Assembly (NCBI GenBank): GCA_963850305.1
Contig: CAWKKR010000008.1
Span: 192,001 to 256,000, forward strand
From: an uncultured delta proteobacterium
GTDB taxonomy: Bacteria > Myxococcota_A > Polyangia > Polyangiales > Polyangiaceae
Reading direction: 5' to 3'
Length of the DNA: 64,000 bases
Shown piece by piece: positions 38,640-48,361 of this stretch. Under the pieces are notes generated by a model. That model was given only the letters and a program-made list of their open reading frames with translations. It made no database searches and was not told the origin of the DNA. A program made the translations under genes and the position numbers. Numbering within the stretch: the first letter of the stretch is position 1; each line of letters starts with the position of its first letter.

Positions 38640-40738
38640 TGAAGTCGGGAGCCGCGCTGCTCGCGCTCGTGCTCGTCGGTGCCTCGCCGCCCGACAACGC
38701 GTTCGGCCAGACCGAAACGTCGACTCCGCCCGCTGCTCCCGCGCCTGCGACCAGCCAGGCGCCGACGTCGCAGGTCCAGCTCGCGCCGCAGGAGATCGGG
38801 CCGTCGCCGCCGCGCGCCGCGCCATCCTCCGGGGCCGCGTCCGGGGTGTCGCAGCCCGCAGTGACGACTCCGGTTGCGCCGGAGACGCCGGCCACGCTCG
38901 CGTCCGCCATGGCCGCCTACGACGCCGCGCTGGCCCAGGAGAAGCTCGGAGCATCGGAGCCACTCTCGCTCGATCGTCTGCGGGGGGCGCTCGGTGACGC
39001 GGAACAGAAGCTCGCTGCGGGTCGTCGGGACGAGGCGATCGGCGATCTCGTTTACCTCGTGGAGTCCCCCCGGTTCGATGCGTTCCGTTCCTTCGATGAA
39101 GGCCGGAATGCCATCTTTCTGCTCGGTGACGCGCTCGGTCGCGCCGCCGCGACGCTTCCTTCGCGCGCTTACCTCGTTCCCTTGATCGCCAGGAATCCGC
39201 CCGACGTCTGGGCGCGAAGGGCCGTGAGGAGCCTCGTCGACTTCGGGCTCGACAGCGACCACCCCGAGGCGTTCCTGGCGGACCTGACGAAGATCCCCCC
39301 GGGCGCGCCGGAAGAGGTCACGAGCGACGTCGCGTACCTCGCGGGTCGAACGGCGGAGCGCGCCGGCAAGGATGATGACGCCCTCGCGGCGTTCGCAACG
39401 GTCACTCCGCGTTCCCGATTCTGGGCGCAAGCGACGTATCTCTCCGGGCTCATCCAGGTCGGGCGCGGGCAGCTGAAGGCCGGCGAGAATCAGTTCTGCA
39501 AGGTAGCCGACGTGAAGCAGACGCCGCGCATGGCTCTCGCGTTCGGTGGCGGGGATTTCTTCGAGGTCCGGGATCTCGCACGCCTCGGCCTCGGCCGCGT
39601 GGCGCACGAACAGTTCCGCTTCGATGACTCGCGTTACTACTACTATCTCGTCCCGACCGACTCGGCGCACTTGCCCGAAGCGCTCTACGAGTCCGCGAAC
39701 TCGCGCTACGAGGCGAAGGATTATCGCGGTGCCCGCGAGTTGCTCGACGAGATGCGGTCGCGCGGAGATCCGTCGCGCTACGACGACGAGTTCTGGATCT
39801 TCGACGCCTACGTGGATCTCGCGCTCTGCGACTTTCCGAAGGCCGACGAGAAACTGAGGATGTTCATCGCGCGCTACGAGCCGGTGCGCGACGCCGCGCG
39901 GCGGATCGCGGCAGATCCCCACGCGCTCGCGGACCTGGTCTCGGCGGTGCGGGCCGGCGCGGATCCCGAAGCGCTCGCGACGCGAGCGGATGGGCCGGCG
40001 CTCGTCGCGCTCGGGGACGTGCTGCGCGCGGATCCCGATTACGGTCACACGACGCGCAAGCTCGCCGAGCTCGCCGAGCAAATGAGCGGCCTCACGCAGA
40101 CGATGGCCGCGCTCGACGACGCGAGGGCCCGGCTCGCGAGTACCAAGGACGTCCGTCCGCGGGCGGAAGGTACCGTTCGCGGCACCGGCGCCGAACGAGC
40201 GGCACTGCTCGATGCGGAACTCGCGGAAGTCCGCCGGTTGATCGGACGTCTGCGCGCGAGCGGACAGCACGCGGCGGAGCTCGACCAGCTCGAACCCCAG
40301 CTCGAAGCGCTCGAAGCGCGCGCGCACGACGCGGAGCTCGGCGAGCGCGAATCGCCGGCTGCAGCTCCGCCGGCGCAGGGCCTGGAGGAGCTGGTGGGAC
40401 GAGATCGCGAGCACGCCACGGCCTTGTACGGCGACGCCGAACGCACCCGCGGGCAGCTCCTTGCCGCGCAGCTCGGCGTGGCGAAGGACGCGCTCGATCG
40501 GCTCGATCTCCGACTCTCTCGGCTGTTGCGTCGCGCGCGCCTCGGTCGCATCGAAACCGTCCTCGGAAAGAAGCGCGCGCTCACGGTGGAGATCGAGGCG
40601 CTCTCGGAGGGCTTCTTGCCGCAGGGAGCCGTCGACTCTCTCGACGCCGCGCGCTACCTGCGCGACGACGAGGAGTACTGGCCCTACGACGGGGAAGACT
40701 GGGCGGACGAATACGTGGGCGGAGAAGGTCTAGAGTGA
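38639..40738 (+). CDS. Exported TPR protein, GltC/NfsC-like
   Basis: Signal peptide, TPR helices (RDLARLGLGRVAHE, PEALYESA), coiled coil, C-terminal EEYWPYDGEDWADE resembling the GltC-family tail as I recall it. Confidence 0.6.
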   Translation: MKSGAALLALVLVGASPPDNAFGQTETSTPPAAPAPATSQAPTSQVQLAPQEIGPSPPRAAPSSGAASGVSQPAVTTPVAPETPATLASAMAAYDAALAQEKLGASEPLSLDRLRGALGDAEQKLAAGRRDEAIGDLVYLVESPRFDAFRSFDEGRNAIFLLGDALGRAAATLPSRAYLVPLIARNPPDVWARRAVRSLVDFGLDSDHPEAFLADLTKIPPGAPEEVTSDVAYLAGRTAERAGKDDDALAAFATVTPRSRFWAQATYLSGLIQVGRGQLKAGENQFCKVADVKQTPRMALAFGGGDFFEVRDLARLGLGRVAHEQFRFDDSRYYYYLVPTDSAHLPEALYESANSRYEAKDYRGARELLDEMRSRGDPSRYDDEFWIFDAYVDLALCDFPKADEKLRMFIARYEPVRDAARRIAADPHALADLVSAVRAGADPEALATRADGPALVALGDVLRADPDYGHTTRKLAELAEQMSGLTQTMAALDDARARLASTKDVRPRAEGTVRGTGAERAALLDAELAEVRRLIGRLRASGQHAAELDQLEPQLEALEARAHDAELGERESPAAAPPAQGLEELVGRDREHATALYGDAERTRGQLLAAQLGVAKDALDRLDLRLSRLLRRARLGRIETVLGKKRALTVEIEALSEGFLPQGAVDSLDAARYLRDDEEYWPYDGEDWADEYVGGEGLE

Positions 40739-43700
40739 CCCTCCGCGGCCGTTCAGTCGCCCTCGCGGCGCTCGGCGTCTTGCTCTGTCAGACGACGCGC
40801 GCCGCCACGTCGCCCGACGATACGACGGCTGCCCTCAGCGCCGCCGCGTCGCAGACGAGCCAGCTGAGGGCCCGGGGCGAGCGGAAGCTCGCACCAGTGG
40901 AGCGCCCTACCGTGAAGAAAGAGGCCGACGATTCGGAGGAGGCCAAACGCAAGGGTCGCGTCAGCATGCAGATCCCGGAGCGGCTCCGCGCGACGCTCGA
41001 ACGCCAGATCGACGCTCGCATCGACCGCGATATCGCCGCAGAAAAAGCGCTGCGCCACGAAGCGATGGGGCTCCTCGAGAAGTTCGTCGCGGAGACGCCG
41101 AAGGACGCGAGCGACATGCCCGAAGCGCTGCTACGCCTCGGCGAGCTCGAGTGGGAAGACTCGCGGGATGGCTTTCTCGACCGGTTCAAGAAGTGGGAAG
41201 CGACACCCGGCGAGCAGCGTGGCCCCACTCCCGAGCCCGACTACCACAAGCCGCGCGAGCGCTTCCTCACCGTGCTCCGCAACTACAAGACGTACCGCGA
41301 GTACGATCTCGCACTCTACATCGACGGCTTTCTCGCGACCGAAATGGGGAAGCCGGCCGAGGCGCTCGACCGATTCAACAAGCTGCTCGCCTGGTTCCCG
41401 AAGAGCCGGTTCGTCCCCGACGCACACATGGTTCGCGCCGAATACGAGTTCATCAAAGACGTCCCGGACTACAAGGTCGCCTACGACGAGTACGAACAGG
41501 TCCTGAAATTCAAGTCGAGCGAGCTCTACGACATCGCGCTCTTCAAGAGCGCATGGTGCCTCTGGCGACTCGGCCAGACGGACGAAGCAGCGCGCCGGTT
41601 CCTGGTCGTGTTCAAGTCGAGCGCGGAGGCGGGCGACAACGTCAGCGTCAAGCGCCGCGCAGAGCTCGACGAGCTCCAGGCGGAGGCCCTGAAGAACCTC
41701 GTCGCCGTGTTCGCGGAGGACGAGAAGAATAGCGCGGACGACATGTACCGCTTCCTCGTCAAGGCCGGCGGCGCGAAGTTCGCGGGCGAGATCGTGCGCG
41801 CCCTCGCCGGCGCATTCTACGATCAGGCGCAATACGAGCGCGGCATCGAGGCGTACCGGCTGCTCCTGAAGCTCGAACCGATGAGCCCGCACGCGTACGA
41901 GTACGGCCTCTACATCGCGCAAGCACAGTCCACGATGCAGCTCTGGGACGACCTCGACGCACAATACCGGCGCGTCATCGCCGACTATACCGTGCCGAAA
42001 GGGACCCCGGGCGCACCGCTGCCACAGCTCAGCGCGTGGGTGCGCGCACAGCCCGAGCCTGTGTTGCGCAAGGCCGAAAGCGCCATCGAACACCAGCTTC
42101 ACCAGGACACCGTGGGTCTCCACGCGAAGGCGCAGGCGGACAAGACGAGCCGCGTCGAGTACCAGGCTGCCGCGAAACTCTACGAGACGTACCTCGGTAC
42201 CTTCTCGACGAACGCCGACGCGTACGACATGAGCTTCAACCTCGGCGAGATCTACTTTTATCACCTCGGCGACGAGACGAAGGCCGCGGACGCGTACCTC
42301 GGCGCCGTGCGGATGAACCCGTCCGGGCCGCTCTCGCGCGACGCGCTCTACAACGCACTCGCCGCGCTCGAGACCTCGCGCGAGAAGGAGCTCGCGGCGA
42401 ACAAGGCCGCCGGGAAGAGACAGGAAGAGACGCCGACCGACAAGAAGCTCACCGAAGCCATGGAGCTCTACATCAAGACGTACCCGAGCGACAAGGAGGT
42501 CCCCGAGCTCCTCTTTCGTCAGGGCAAGCTCTATTACGACTACGCGGTGTTCGACCCCGCGGTCCGGCAGTGGGGGCTCTTGCTCGAGAAGTTCCCGAAC
42601 AGCCAGTTTGCGGTCGGCGCAGGCGAGCTCATCCTGGACTCCTTCAACAAGAGCAAGGACTACTCGAACATCGAGACGTGGGCGCGCCGGTTGAAGACCG
42701 CGCCCGCGTTCCAGACGCCGACGCAGCAGGCGCGCCTCGACACGCTGATCGTGCAAGCCGTGTTCAAGCAGGGCGAGCAGGCGAGCGAAGCTGGCGATCA
42801 CGACGGCGCGGCGGCGGCATACCTGCGCGCCGCAAAGGAGTTTCCGAAGGAACCCCGCGCCGCGCAGGCCGCGGTCGACGCGGAGACCGAGGCGCGTCGC
42901 AGCGGCGACTTCGACACACTCCGGGCCGCTGCGGATCTGCTCGTCAAGGACCACGCGAATGGCGAGGAAGCTCCCGAGGGAGTCTGGCTCGCCGCGACGG
43001 CGTACCAATCCGTGGGCCTGTTCTCCGAAGCGGCGGACTACGACGAAATCGCGGCCACCAGATGGCCCAAGAGCGAGCACGGCAAGGACGCGGCCTACAA
43101 CGCGGTGCTCCTTCGCACCACGGTCGGCGAGCATGACAAGGCGATCGCCGACGGACAGAGCTATCAGCGAAGATACCCCCGCGGCGACGATGTCGATGAA
43201 GTGACGTTTCTCATGGGAAAGGCCCACGAGAATGCCCAGAAGTGGAAGGACGCCGAGTCGCTCTACGCGCACTACGCGCAGTCGGCCCGGAGCGCGTCGA
43301 GCCGCATCGAGGCGTTCGTGCGGCTCGCGACGGTCCGGTTGCGCCTCGGGGACGAGCGAGGAGCGGCCGCGTCGCTCGGGAGCGCGATGCAGGCGTATCG
43401 CACGTACAAGCGAACGCTCGACGACCAGGGCAAGTACTTTGCGGCAAAGGCGCACTACATGCAGGGCGAGCGCGTGCTCGCCGACTTCGACAAGATCGCG
43501 ATCGAGGGTGACGTCGAACAGCTGAAGAACCGTCTCAAGAAGAAGAGCGAACTCCTGAAGCGCGCCGCCGACACGTTCCTCGAGACCGCGGAGATGGGCG
43601 TCGCCGAGTGGACGACGGCGGCGCTCTATCAGATCGGCGTGACGTACGAATCGTTCTCCACCGCGCTCCTCGCTTCACCGCCGCCGGCGGCGCTGAACGC

Positions 43701-44058
43701 CCAGCAAAAGGATCAATATTCGCAACAGATCGACGAGTTCGTCGTCCCGATCGAGGAGAAGAGCCTCGAGGCCTACGAGAGCGGATGGCAAAAGGCCATC
43801 GAGCTCGGCATCTTCAATCAATGGACCGCGAAAATGCGGGAAGCGCTCGGGCGCCTGAACACGGAGCTCTATCCGCCGCTCAGGGAGACGGGCTTCGAGA
43901 TCCGCTCGCGCGGGCCGTCGCCGCTGCCGGCCCTGATTCCCGCGCCGCGCCGCGGGCCCGACGGGAAGAGTCTCGCGTACCTCGTTCCGGCGCCCAGGCC
44001 GTCCGAGTCCGCAGAGCACGCCGCAACCAAATCCGCACCGACAAAAGGCTCGAGATGA
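40735..44058 (+). CDS. Large exported TPR protein, GltD/AgmU/NfsD-like
   Basis: 1107 aa TPR array; C-terminal AALYQIG...PPPAAL...PIEEKSLEAY...KAIELGIFNQWT...YPP region typical of AgmU/GltD-type proteins. Confidence 0.7.
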   Translation: MTLRGRSVALAALGVLLCQTTRAATSPDDTTAALSAAASQTSQLRARGERKLAPVERPTVKKEADDSEEAKRKGRVSMQIPERLRATLERQIDARIDRDIAAEKALRHEAMGLLEKFVAETPKDASDMPEALLRLGELEWEDSRDGFLDRFKKWEATPGEQRGPTPEPDYHKPRERFLTVLRNYKTYREYDLALYIDGFLATEMGKPAEALDRFNKLLAWFPKSRFVPDAHMVRAEYEFIKDVPDYKVAYDEYEQVLKFKSSELYDIALFKSAWCLWRLGQTDEAARRFLVVFKSSAEAGDNVSVKRRAELDELQAEALKNLVAVFAEDEKNSADDMYRFLVKAGGAKFAGEIVRALAGAFYDQAQYERGIEAYRLLLKLEPMSPHAYEYGLYIAQAQSTMQLWDDLDAQYRRVIADYTVPKGTPGAPLPQLSAWVRAQPEPVLRKAESAIEHQLHQDTVGLHAKAQADKTSRVEYQAAAKLYETYLGTFSTNADAYDMSFNLGEIYFYHLGDETKAADAYLGAVRMNPSGPLSRDALYNALAALETSREKELAANKAAGKRQEETPTDKKLTEAMELYIKTYPSDKEVPELLFRQGKLYYDYAVFDPAVRQWGLLLEKFPNSQFAVGAGELILDSFNKSKDYSNIETWARRLKTAPAFQTPTQQARLDTLIVQAVFKQGEQASEAGDHDGAAAAYLRAAKEFPKEPRAAQAAVDAETEARRSGDFDTLRAAADLLVKDHANGEEAPEGVWLAATAYQSVGLFSEAADYDEIAATRWPKSEHGKDAAYNAVLLRTTVGEHDKAIADGQSYQRRYPRGDDVDEVTFLMGKAHENAQKWKDAESLYAHYAQSARSASSRIEAFVRLATVRLRLGDERGAAASLGSAMQAYRTYKRTLDDQGKYFAAKAHYMQGERVLADFDKIAIEGDVEQLKNRLKKKSELLKRAADTFLETAEMGVAEWTTAALYQIGVTYESFSTALLASPPPAALNAQQKDQYSQQIDEFVVPIEEKSLEAYESGWQKAIELGIFNQWTAKMREALGRLNTELYPPLRETGFEIRSRGPSPLPALIPAPRRGPDGKSLAYLVPAPRPSESAEHAATKSAPTKGSR

Positions 44059-45254
44059 TGTTGGCGCGAATTTGTTCGAACGGCGTATTCACGTGGGCGG
44101 CGCTGTCTCTCGTCGTGGCGTGCGCCGGAGCGAAGAAGCAGCCAGAGGCGCCCACGCTCACTCAGGTCGACACCGCCGCGCTCGGACAGATGGTGCAAGG
44201 GGTGCAGACCGCGGAGGCGCCCGATGCGCGGGATCGCGCCATCGCCTTGCTCGAGCAGGCGGCCACGAAGGATCCGGCGCTCTGGGAAGCGCGGTACAAC
44301 GCCGGCGTGCTGCTCGCGGAGCGCGACAAGCTCGCCGACGCGGAGAAGTACCTGACGAGGGCCGCGGAGCTCGCGCCGAATGCCGAAGACGTTGCACTCG
44401 CGCTCGGAGAAGTGCGGAGGCGTCGCGGTGAAGCAAGCCTCGCCGCGGACGGTCTCGCGTCGTTCGTCGCGTCGTACCCCGACGCGGTGGCGTCGCGCAT
44501 CGCGCTCGTGGGGGCCCTGCGCGAGAGTGATCGCATCGATGAAGCGATGACCCAGGCAGAGGAGGTCTTGAAGCGCCGTCCGAACGACCCGGACGCTCTC
44601 GCCGCACTCGCGCTGGCACATCTCGACCGGGGAGAGGCGGACACCGCCGAGCTCCTGTCGAACGAGAGCCTGAAATCCGAGCACAAGACCGCTCTCGTCG
44701 AACGCACCGCGGGCCTCATTGCGCTCGAGCGCGGGGACGACGCGATCGCGTTCCAGCATTTTGCGCGGGCGTCGGAGCTCGATCCGAACGACACGACCGC
44801 CCGCATGAACATGGGCGTCGTGCTGCTCCAGGCCGGCGTCTATCCGCGCGCGGAAAAGGAGTTCCGCGGCGTCCTCGACGTCGAGCCGAAGAACGACGAG
44901 GCGACCCTGGGCCTCGCGGCGTCCCTCCGCGGCCAGGGGAAGCGCGAGAGTCCAGGGCCGTATCTCGAAGCCGAGAAGCTCCTGCAGTCGCTCCTCGATC
45001 GAAGGCCGGACCAGATTGCCGCGCTCTTCAATCTCGCCGTGCTCTACTCCGACTTTCTCGAGAAGCCCGACAAGGCGCGCCCGCTGTACCAGCGGTTTCT
45101 GGACGACGCGCCCGCGAAGCACCCGTCACGCCCGATCGCGGAGAAATTCCTGAAGGACTCGGCACAGCCGGCTGCCCCGGCACCGGCGCCCGCAAAGACG
45201 CCCACCGGTCCGGCCACGACCCCCGCCGGCCTGACCACGACGGACGCGCCGTGA
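44055..45254 (+). CDS. TPR lipoprotein, GltE/AglT/NfsE-like
   Basis: Lipobox LVVAC-AG; TPR repeats (ARYNAGVLL, ARMNMGVVLL, ALFNLAVLY); ATGA overlap directly after the gltD-like gene. Confidence 0.65.
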   Translation: MMLARICSNGVFTWAALSLVVACAGAKKQPEAPTLTQVDTAALGQMVQGVQTAEAPDARDRAIALLEQAATKDPALWEARYNAGVLLAERDKLADAEKYLTRAAELAPNAEDVALALGEVRRRRGEASLAADGLASFVASYPDAVASRIALVGALRESDRIDEAMTQAEEVLKRRPNDPDALAALALAHLDRGEADTAELLSNESLKSEHKTALVERTAGLIALERGDDAIAFQHFARASELDPNDTTARMNMGVVLLQAGVYPRAEKEFRGVLDVEPKNDEATLGLAASLRGQGKRESPGPYLEAEKLLQSLLDRRPDQIAALFNLAVLYSDFLEKPDKARPLYQRFLDDAPAKHPSRPIAEKFLKDSAQPAAPAPAPAKTPTGPATTPAGLTTTDAP

Positions 45255-45299
45255 TTCGATTCGGGGTCAGGGTGAAAGGGGAGCATCCCAGCCGGCGCA

Positions 45300-45334
45300 T
45301 TGACACGCGGTGGGCGCAGTGCAAAATGCATTGC
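45300..45334 (+). promoter_or_regulatory. Sigma-70-type promoter with a TGCA-repeat operator for the TA locus
   Basis: TTGACA (45300)-N16-CAAAAT (45322); TGCAAAATGCATTGCA covers the -10 region; ATG at 45335. Confidence 0.55.
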
Positions 45335-45598
45335 ATGCCCGATCGTGCCGATGCACAGCTCACCTTCCGCCTCCCGCAGAAGATCGCCGCCGAGCTGACT
45401 CGAATCGCCCATCGGCGCGGACTTCGACGCTCGGATCTCTTGCGACAGGTCGTCGAGCAAGTGGTGGCCAGCGACGGCAATGTCGGACAGCGTCTTGAAC
45501 GCGTGAAGGATCTCATCGGCATCGTCCATTCCGGGCAGCCGGACCTGGGCAGCGACCATCGACGGCATCTCGCGCGCGGATTCGGGCGTGGGCGCTGA
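45335..45598 (+). CDS. Ribbon-helix-helix (CopG-like) antitoxin
   Basis: QLTFRLPQKIAAELTRIAHRRGLRRSDLLRQVV...DLIGIVHSGQPDLG; overlaps the PIN gene. Confidence 0.8.
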   Translation: MPDRADAQLTFRLPQKIAAELTRIAHRRGLRRSDLLRQVVEQVVASDGNVGQRLERVKDLIGIVHSGQPDLGSDHRRHLARGFGRGR

Positions 45599-46007
45599 GT
45601 TGCTGCTCGACACGGGCCCGCTCGTGGCCCTGCTCGATTCGTCGGAGCGTCGTCATGGCGACTGCGCCGCTATCTTTTCCGCATGGCACGGCGGCGTCAC
45701 GACGACGGAAGCCGTCGTGACGGAGGCTGCATACCTGCTCTCGTCCACCGGCGCGGACGGAGCGGTGGCGATCGAATTTTGCACGCGGGGAGGCGCGGTC
45801 ATCAAATCGTGGAACGACGCCCGTGCGCAGCGTTCGGTCGAGTTGATGCGCAAGTATCACGACGTTCCCATGGACTACGCGGATGCGTCGCTCGTCGCTC
45901 TGGCGGAAGAACTGGGCACAGCCGACGTGTTCACCCTCGATTTCCGCGGATTCAGGGCCTACCGCTGGCAAGGCCGCCGTGCGTTTCGAATTCATCCCTC
46001 GATGTAG
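45588..46007 (+). CDS. vapC: PIN-domain (VapC-type) toxin
   Basis: LLDTGPLVA, VVTEAAYLL, MDYADASLV, FTLDFRGF; acidic PIN residues intact. Confidence 0.88.
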   Translation: MGAELLLDTGPLVALLDSSERRHGDCAAIFSAWHGGVTTTEAVVTEAAYLLSSTGADGAVAIEFCTRGGAVIKSWNDARAQRSVELMRKYHDVPMDYADASLVALAEELGTADVFTLDFRGFRAYRWQGRRAFRIHPSM

Positions 46008-46046
46008 CCCCGTCACGCGAGCGGACCGTGACAACCCCGCCGGGCC

Positions 46047-46820
46047 TCACGTCATCCACGCCACGAGCGCGACGCCGAACGCCAGTGCGCCCCCGAGGAC
46101 AATGCTTCCCGTCAGTGCGACCGCAACACGGAGCGCGGTGCGGCGCTGACGTTCGCCGAGACCGCGAGCGCCGGTCATGTACGCCATCGTTGCGAAGCGC
46201 GGGATGCGGATGGCGGCGCCGAGCTCCGCCGTGGCTCTTCGGATGCCGTGGGCGGCGCAGCCCGCCGCGAATCCGAACGGCGACGTGATCAAATCCCAGC
46301 CACAGGAGTAAAGCGCGTACCGCAGGCAGTGCGACGCGCGTCCTTTCGCCCCGGTGACCCGAATACCGAGCTCGAGGCCCGACGCCCAGAGGACGTGCAG
46401 TCCGACCATGACGAGGGCCAGCGCCGGCACGGAGAGCACCGAGACCGACACCACGACATGACGGCGAGCCGGGTCGGCGAGCAGGGATTCGACCAGACCC
46501 GGCGAGAGAGCGTACAGGAAGGGCAGCCACAGGCACGCGAGGCTGCCGATCGCGAGGAGCTCGCACGTCAGCGCGAATCCGAACGCAGCTCCGACGTTGC
46601 CCTCGCCGAAGGTCCCGAAGAACGTCTCGCCGTTCACGGTGGAGAGGCGTGCGGTCTCCCAGAGCCGTCGGAAGAGAGGCAGCTCGCGCGCTTCCCACGG
46701 CGTCGCGCCAGCGGCCGACTCCACGGGAGGACAACCGGCGCAATCGGCCCTCCCGCACCGAAGGCAGAACACCGCCGCCGGGACGTCCGAGTCGTCGGGC
46801 GTGTTCGCGGCTTCGGCCAT
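46047..46820 (-). CDS. Membrane protein with an N-terminal CxxC-x4-CxxC motif (Yip1-like TM region)
   Basis: FCLRCGRADCAGC, TPWE motif, several TM helices. Confidence 0.6.
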   Translation of the reverse strand: MAEAANTPDDSDVPAAVFCLRCGRADCAGCPPVESAAGATPWEARELPLFRRLWETARLSTVNGETFFGTFGEGNVGAAFGFALTCELLAIGSLACLWLPFLYALSPGLVESLLADPARRHVVVSVSVLSVPALALVMVGLHVLWASGLELGIRVTGAKGRASHCLRYALYSCGWDLITSPFGFAAGCAAHGIRRATAELGAAIRIPRFATMAYMTGARGLGERQRRTALRVAVALTGSIVLGGALAFGVALVAWMT

Positions 46821-46890
46821 CCCACCTTCGGTAGCATGACACGCGCTCGTTGCCACGAAAGCGCGCGCCGTGGGCTATGTTCGTGTGCCC

Positions 46891-48321
46891 ATGAACGACG
46901 CGTTCCCGAATTTCGAGACGCCGCTCTCGCCGTCGCGACGCCTGTTCGCGAATCGGACCCTCAACATGAAGGCGATCGCCGCGGTCGGCTTCGACATGGA
47001 CTACACGCTCGTACACTATCGCACGGAGGAGTGGGAGCGCCGCGCCTATGACCATGCGCTCGCGCGCATCGCGGCGCTCGAGTGGAAGCTCGGCGAGCTC
47101 GAGTACGACCACGACGCGTTCACCGTCGGGCTCATCGTCGATCAGGAGCTCGGCAATGTCGTCAAGGCGAACCGCTTCGGCTTCGTGAAGCGGGCCTCGC
47201 ACGGGATGCGGATGCTGTCGTTCGAAGAGCAGCGCGCCGTTTACTCGCGCGTACAGATCGATCTCGCCGAACCACGGTTCCGCTTCATGAACACGCTGTT
47301 CTCCCTCTCGGAGACGTGCCTGTTCGCGCAGCTCGTCGAGCTCATCGACGCGGGCCGTCTGCCTGCGGGCGTCGACTACGAGAAGGCGTTTCGCGTCGTG
47401 CGAACGAGCCTCGACGCGGCGCACCTCGAAGGCGAGCTGAAGGCGGAGATCGTCGCCAATCCGGACCGCTTCGTCGAGCTCGACGAGGAGCTCCCGGTCG
47501 CGCTCCTCGATCTCAAGCACGCAGGCAAGAAGCTCATGGTGATCACGAACTCGGAGTGGGGTTATGCGCGCTCGATGATGAGCTACGCCTTCGATCGATT
47601 CGTGCCCGGCGGGTGGCGCACGCTGTTCGAGCTCGTGATCGTCGGGGCCCGGAAGCCGGACTTCTTCACCACGAACGCGCCGATCTTCGAGATCGTCGAC
47701 GACAGCGGCCTGCTCCGGTCGAGCGCCGGGCCCCTGCGCGACGGCGCCGCGTACCTCGGCGGTCATGCGCGCCTGGTCGAGGAGTTCGTGGGACGTCCGG
47801 GAGAAGACATTCTCTACGTCGGCGATCATATGTTCGCGGACGTGCACGTCACCAAGAGCATCTTGAGGTGGCGGACCGCGCTCGTGCTGCGCGCGCTGGA
47901 GGCCGAGCTCTCGGCGCTCGAGTCGTTTCACGACCGACAAGCGGAGCTCGACGCGCTGATGCTCGAGAAAGAGCGGCTCGAGTCGGTCCATGACCGCCTG
48001 CGCATCGAACTCCAGCGCGAAGACGCGGGCTACGGCCCGAAGAGTGGAGTATCGGCAGCCCAGGTCCGGCGACGTTTGAACGAGCTGCGGCGCGAGCTCG
48101 AGGCCCTCGACGGTCTCGCCGCGCCGCTGTCACGGCAAGCGTCCGAGCTCGTCAACCTCCGCTGGGGTCCACCCATGCGCGCCGGAAACGACAAGAGCCA
48201 GCTCGCGCGTCAGGTCGAGCGTTACGCCGACGTCTACACGTCCCGCGTCGCGAATTTCCTGCACGCGACGCCGTTCGCGTACGTGAGATCCCCGCGTGGC
48301 AGCTTGCCGCACGACCCATGA
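46891..48321 (+). CDS. HAD-IG family 5'-nucleotidase (cN-II-like)
   Basis: GFDMDYTL, ITNS, ARKPDFF, LYVGDHMFADV, RYADVYTSRV. Confidence 0.92.
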   Translation: MNDAFPNFETPLSPSRRLFANRTLNMKAIAAVGFDMDYTLVHYRTEEWERRAYDHALARIAALEWKLGELEYDHDAFTVGLIVDQELGNVVKANRFGFVKRASHGMRMLSFEEQRAVYSRVQIDLAEPRFRFMNTLFSLSETCLFAQLVELIDAGRLPAGVDYEKAFRVVRTSLDAAHLEGELKAEIVANPDRFVELDEELPVALLDLKHAGKKLMVITNSEWGYARSMMSYAFDRFVPGGWRTLFELVIVGARKPDFFTTNAPIFEIVDDSGLLRSSAGPLRDGAAYLGGHARLVEEFVGRPGEDILYVGDHMFADVHVTKSILRWRTALVLRALEAELSALESFHDRQAELDALMLEKERLESVHDRLRIELQREDAGYGPKSGVSAAQVRRRLNELRRELEALDGLAAPLSRQASELVNLRWGPPMRAGNDKSQLARQVERYADVYTSRVANFLHATPFAYVRSPRGSLPHDP

Positions 48322-48361
48322 CGAGGGACCGGACGGCGCATTTCGACTACCCTCGATTGGC

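Noticed and set aside
41131..43455. Long antisense or alternate-frame ORFs (also 1691-3922, 1218-2930, 38423-40414, 45952-47991, 53316-55181)
   Set aside because: These are shadows of real high-GC genes: Arg/Pro-rich or antisense composition and no motifs.
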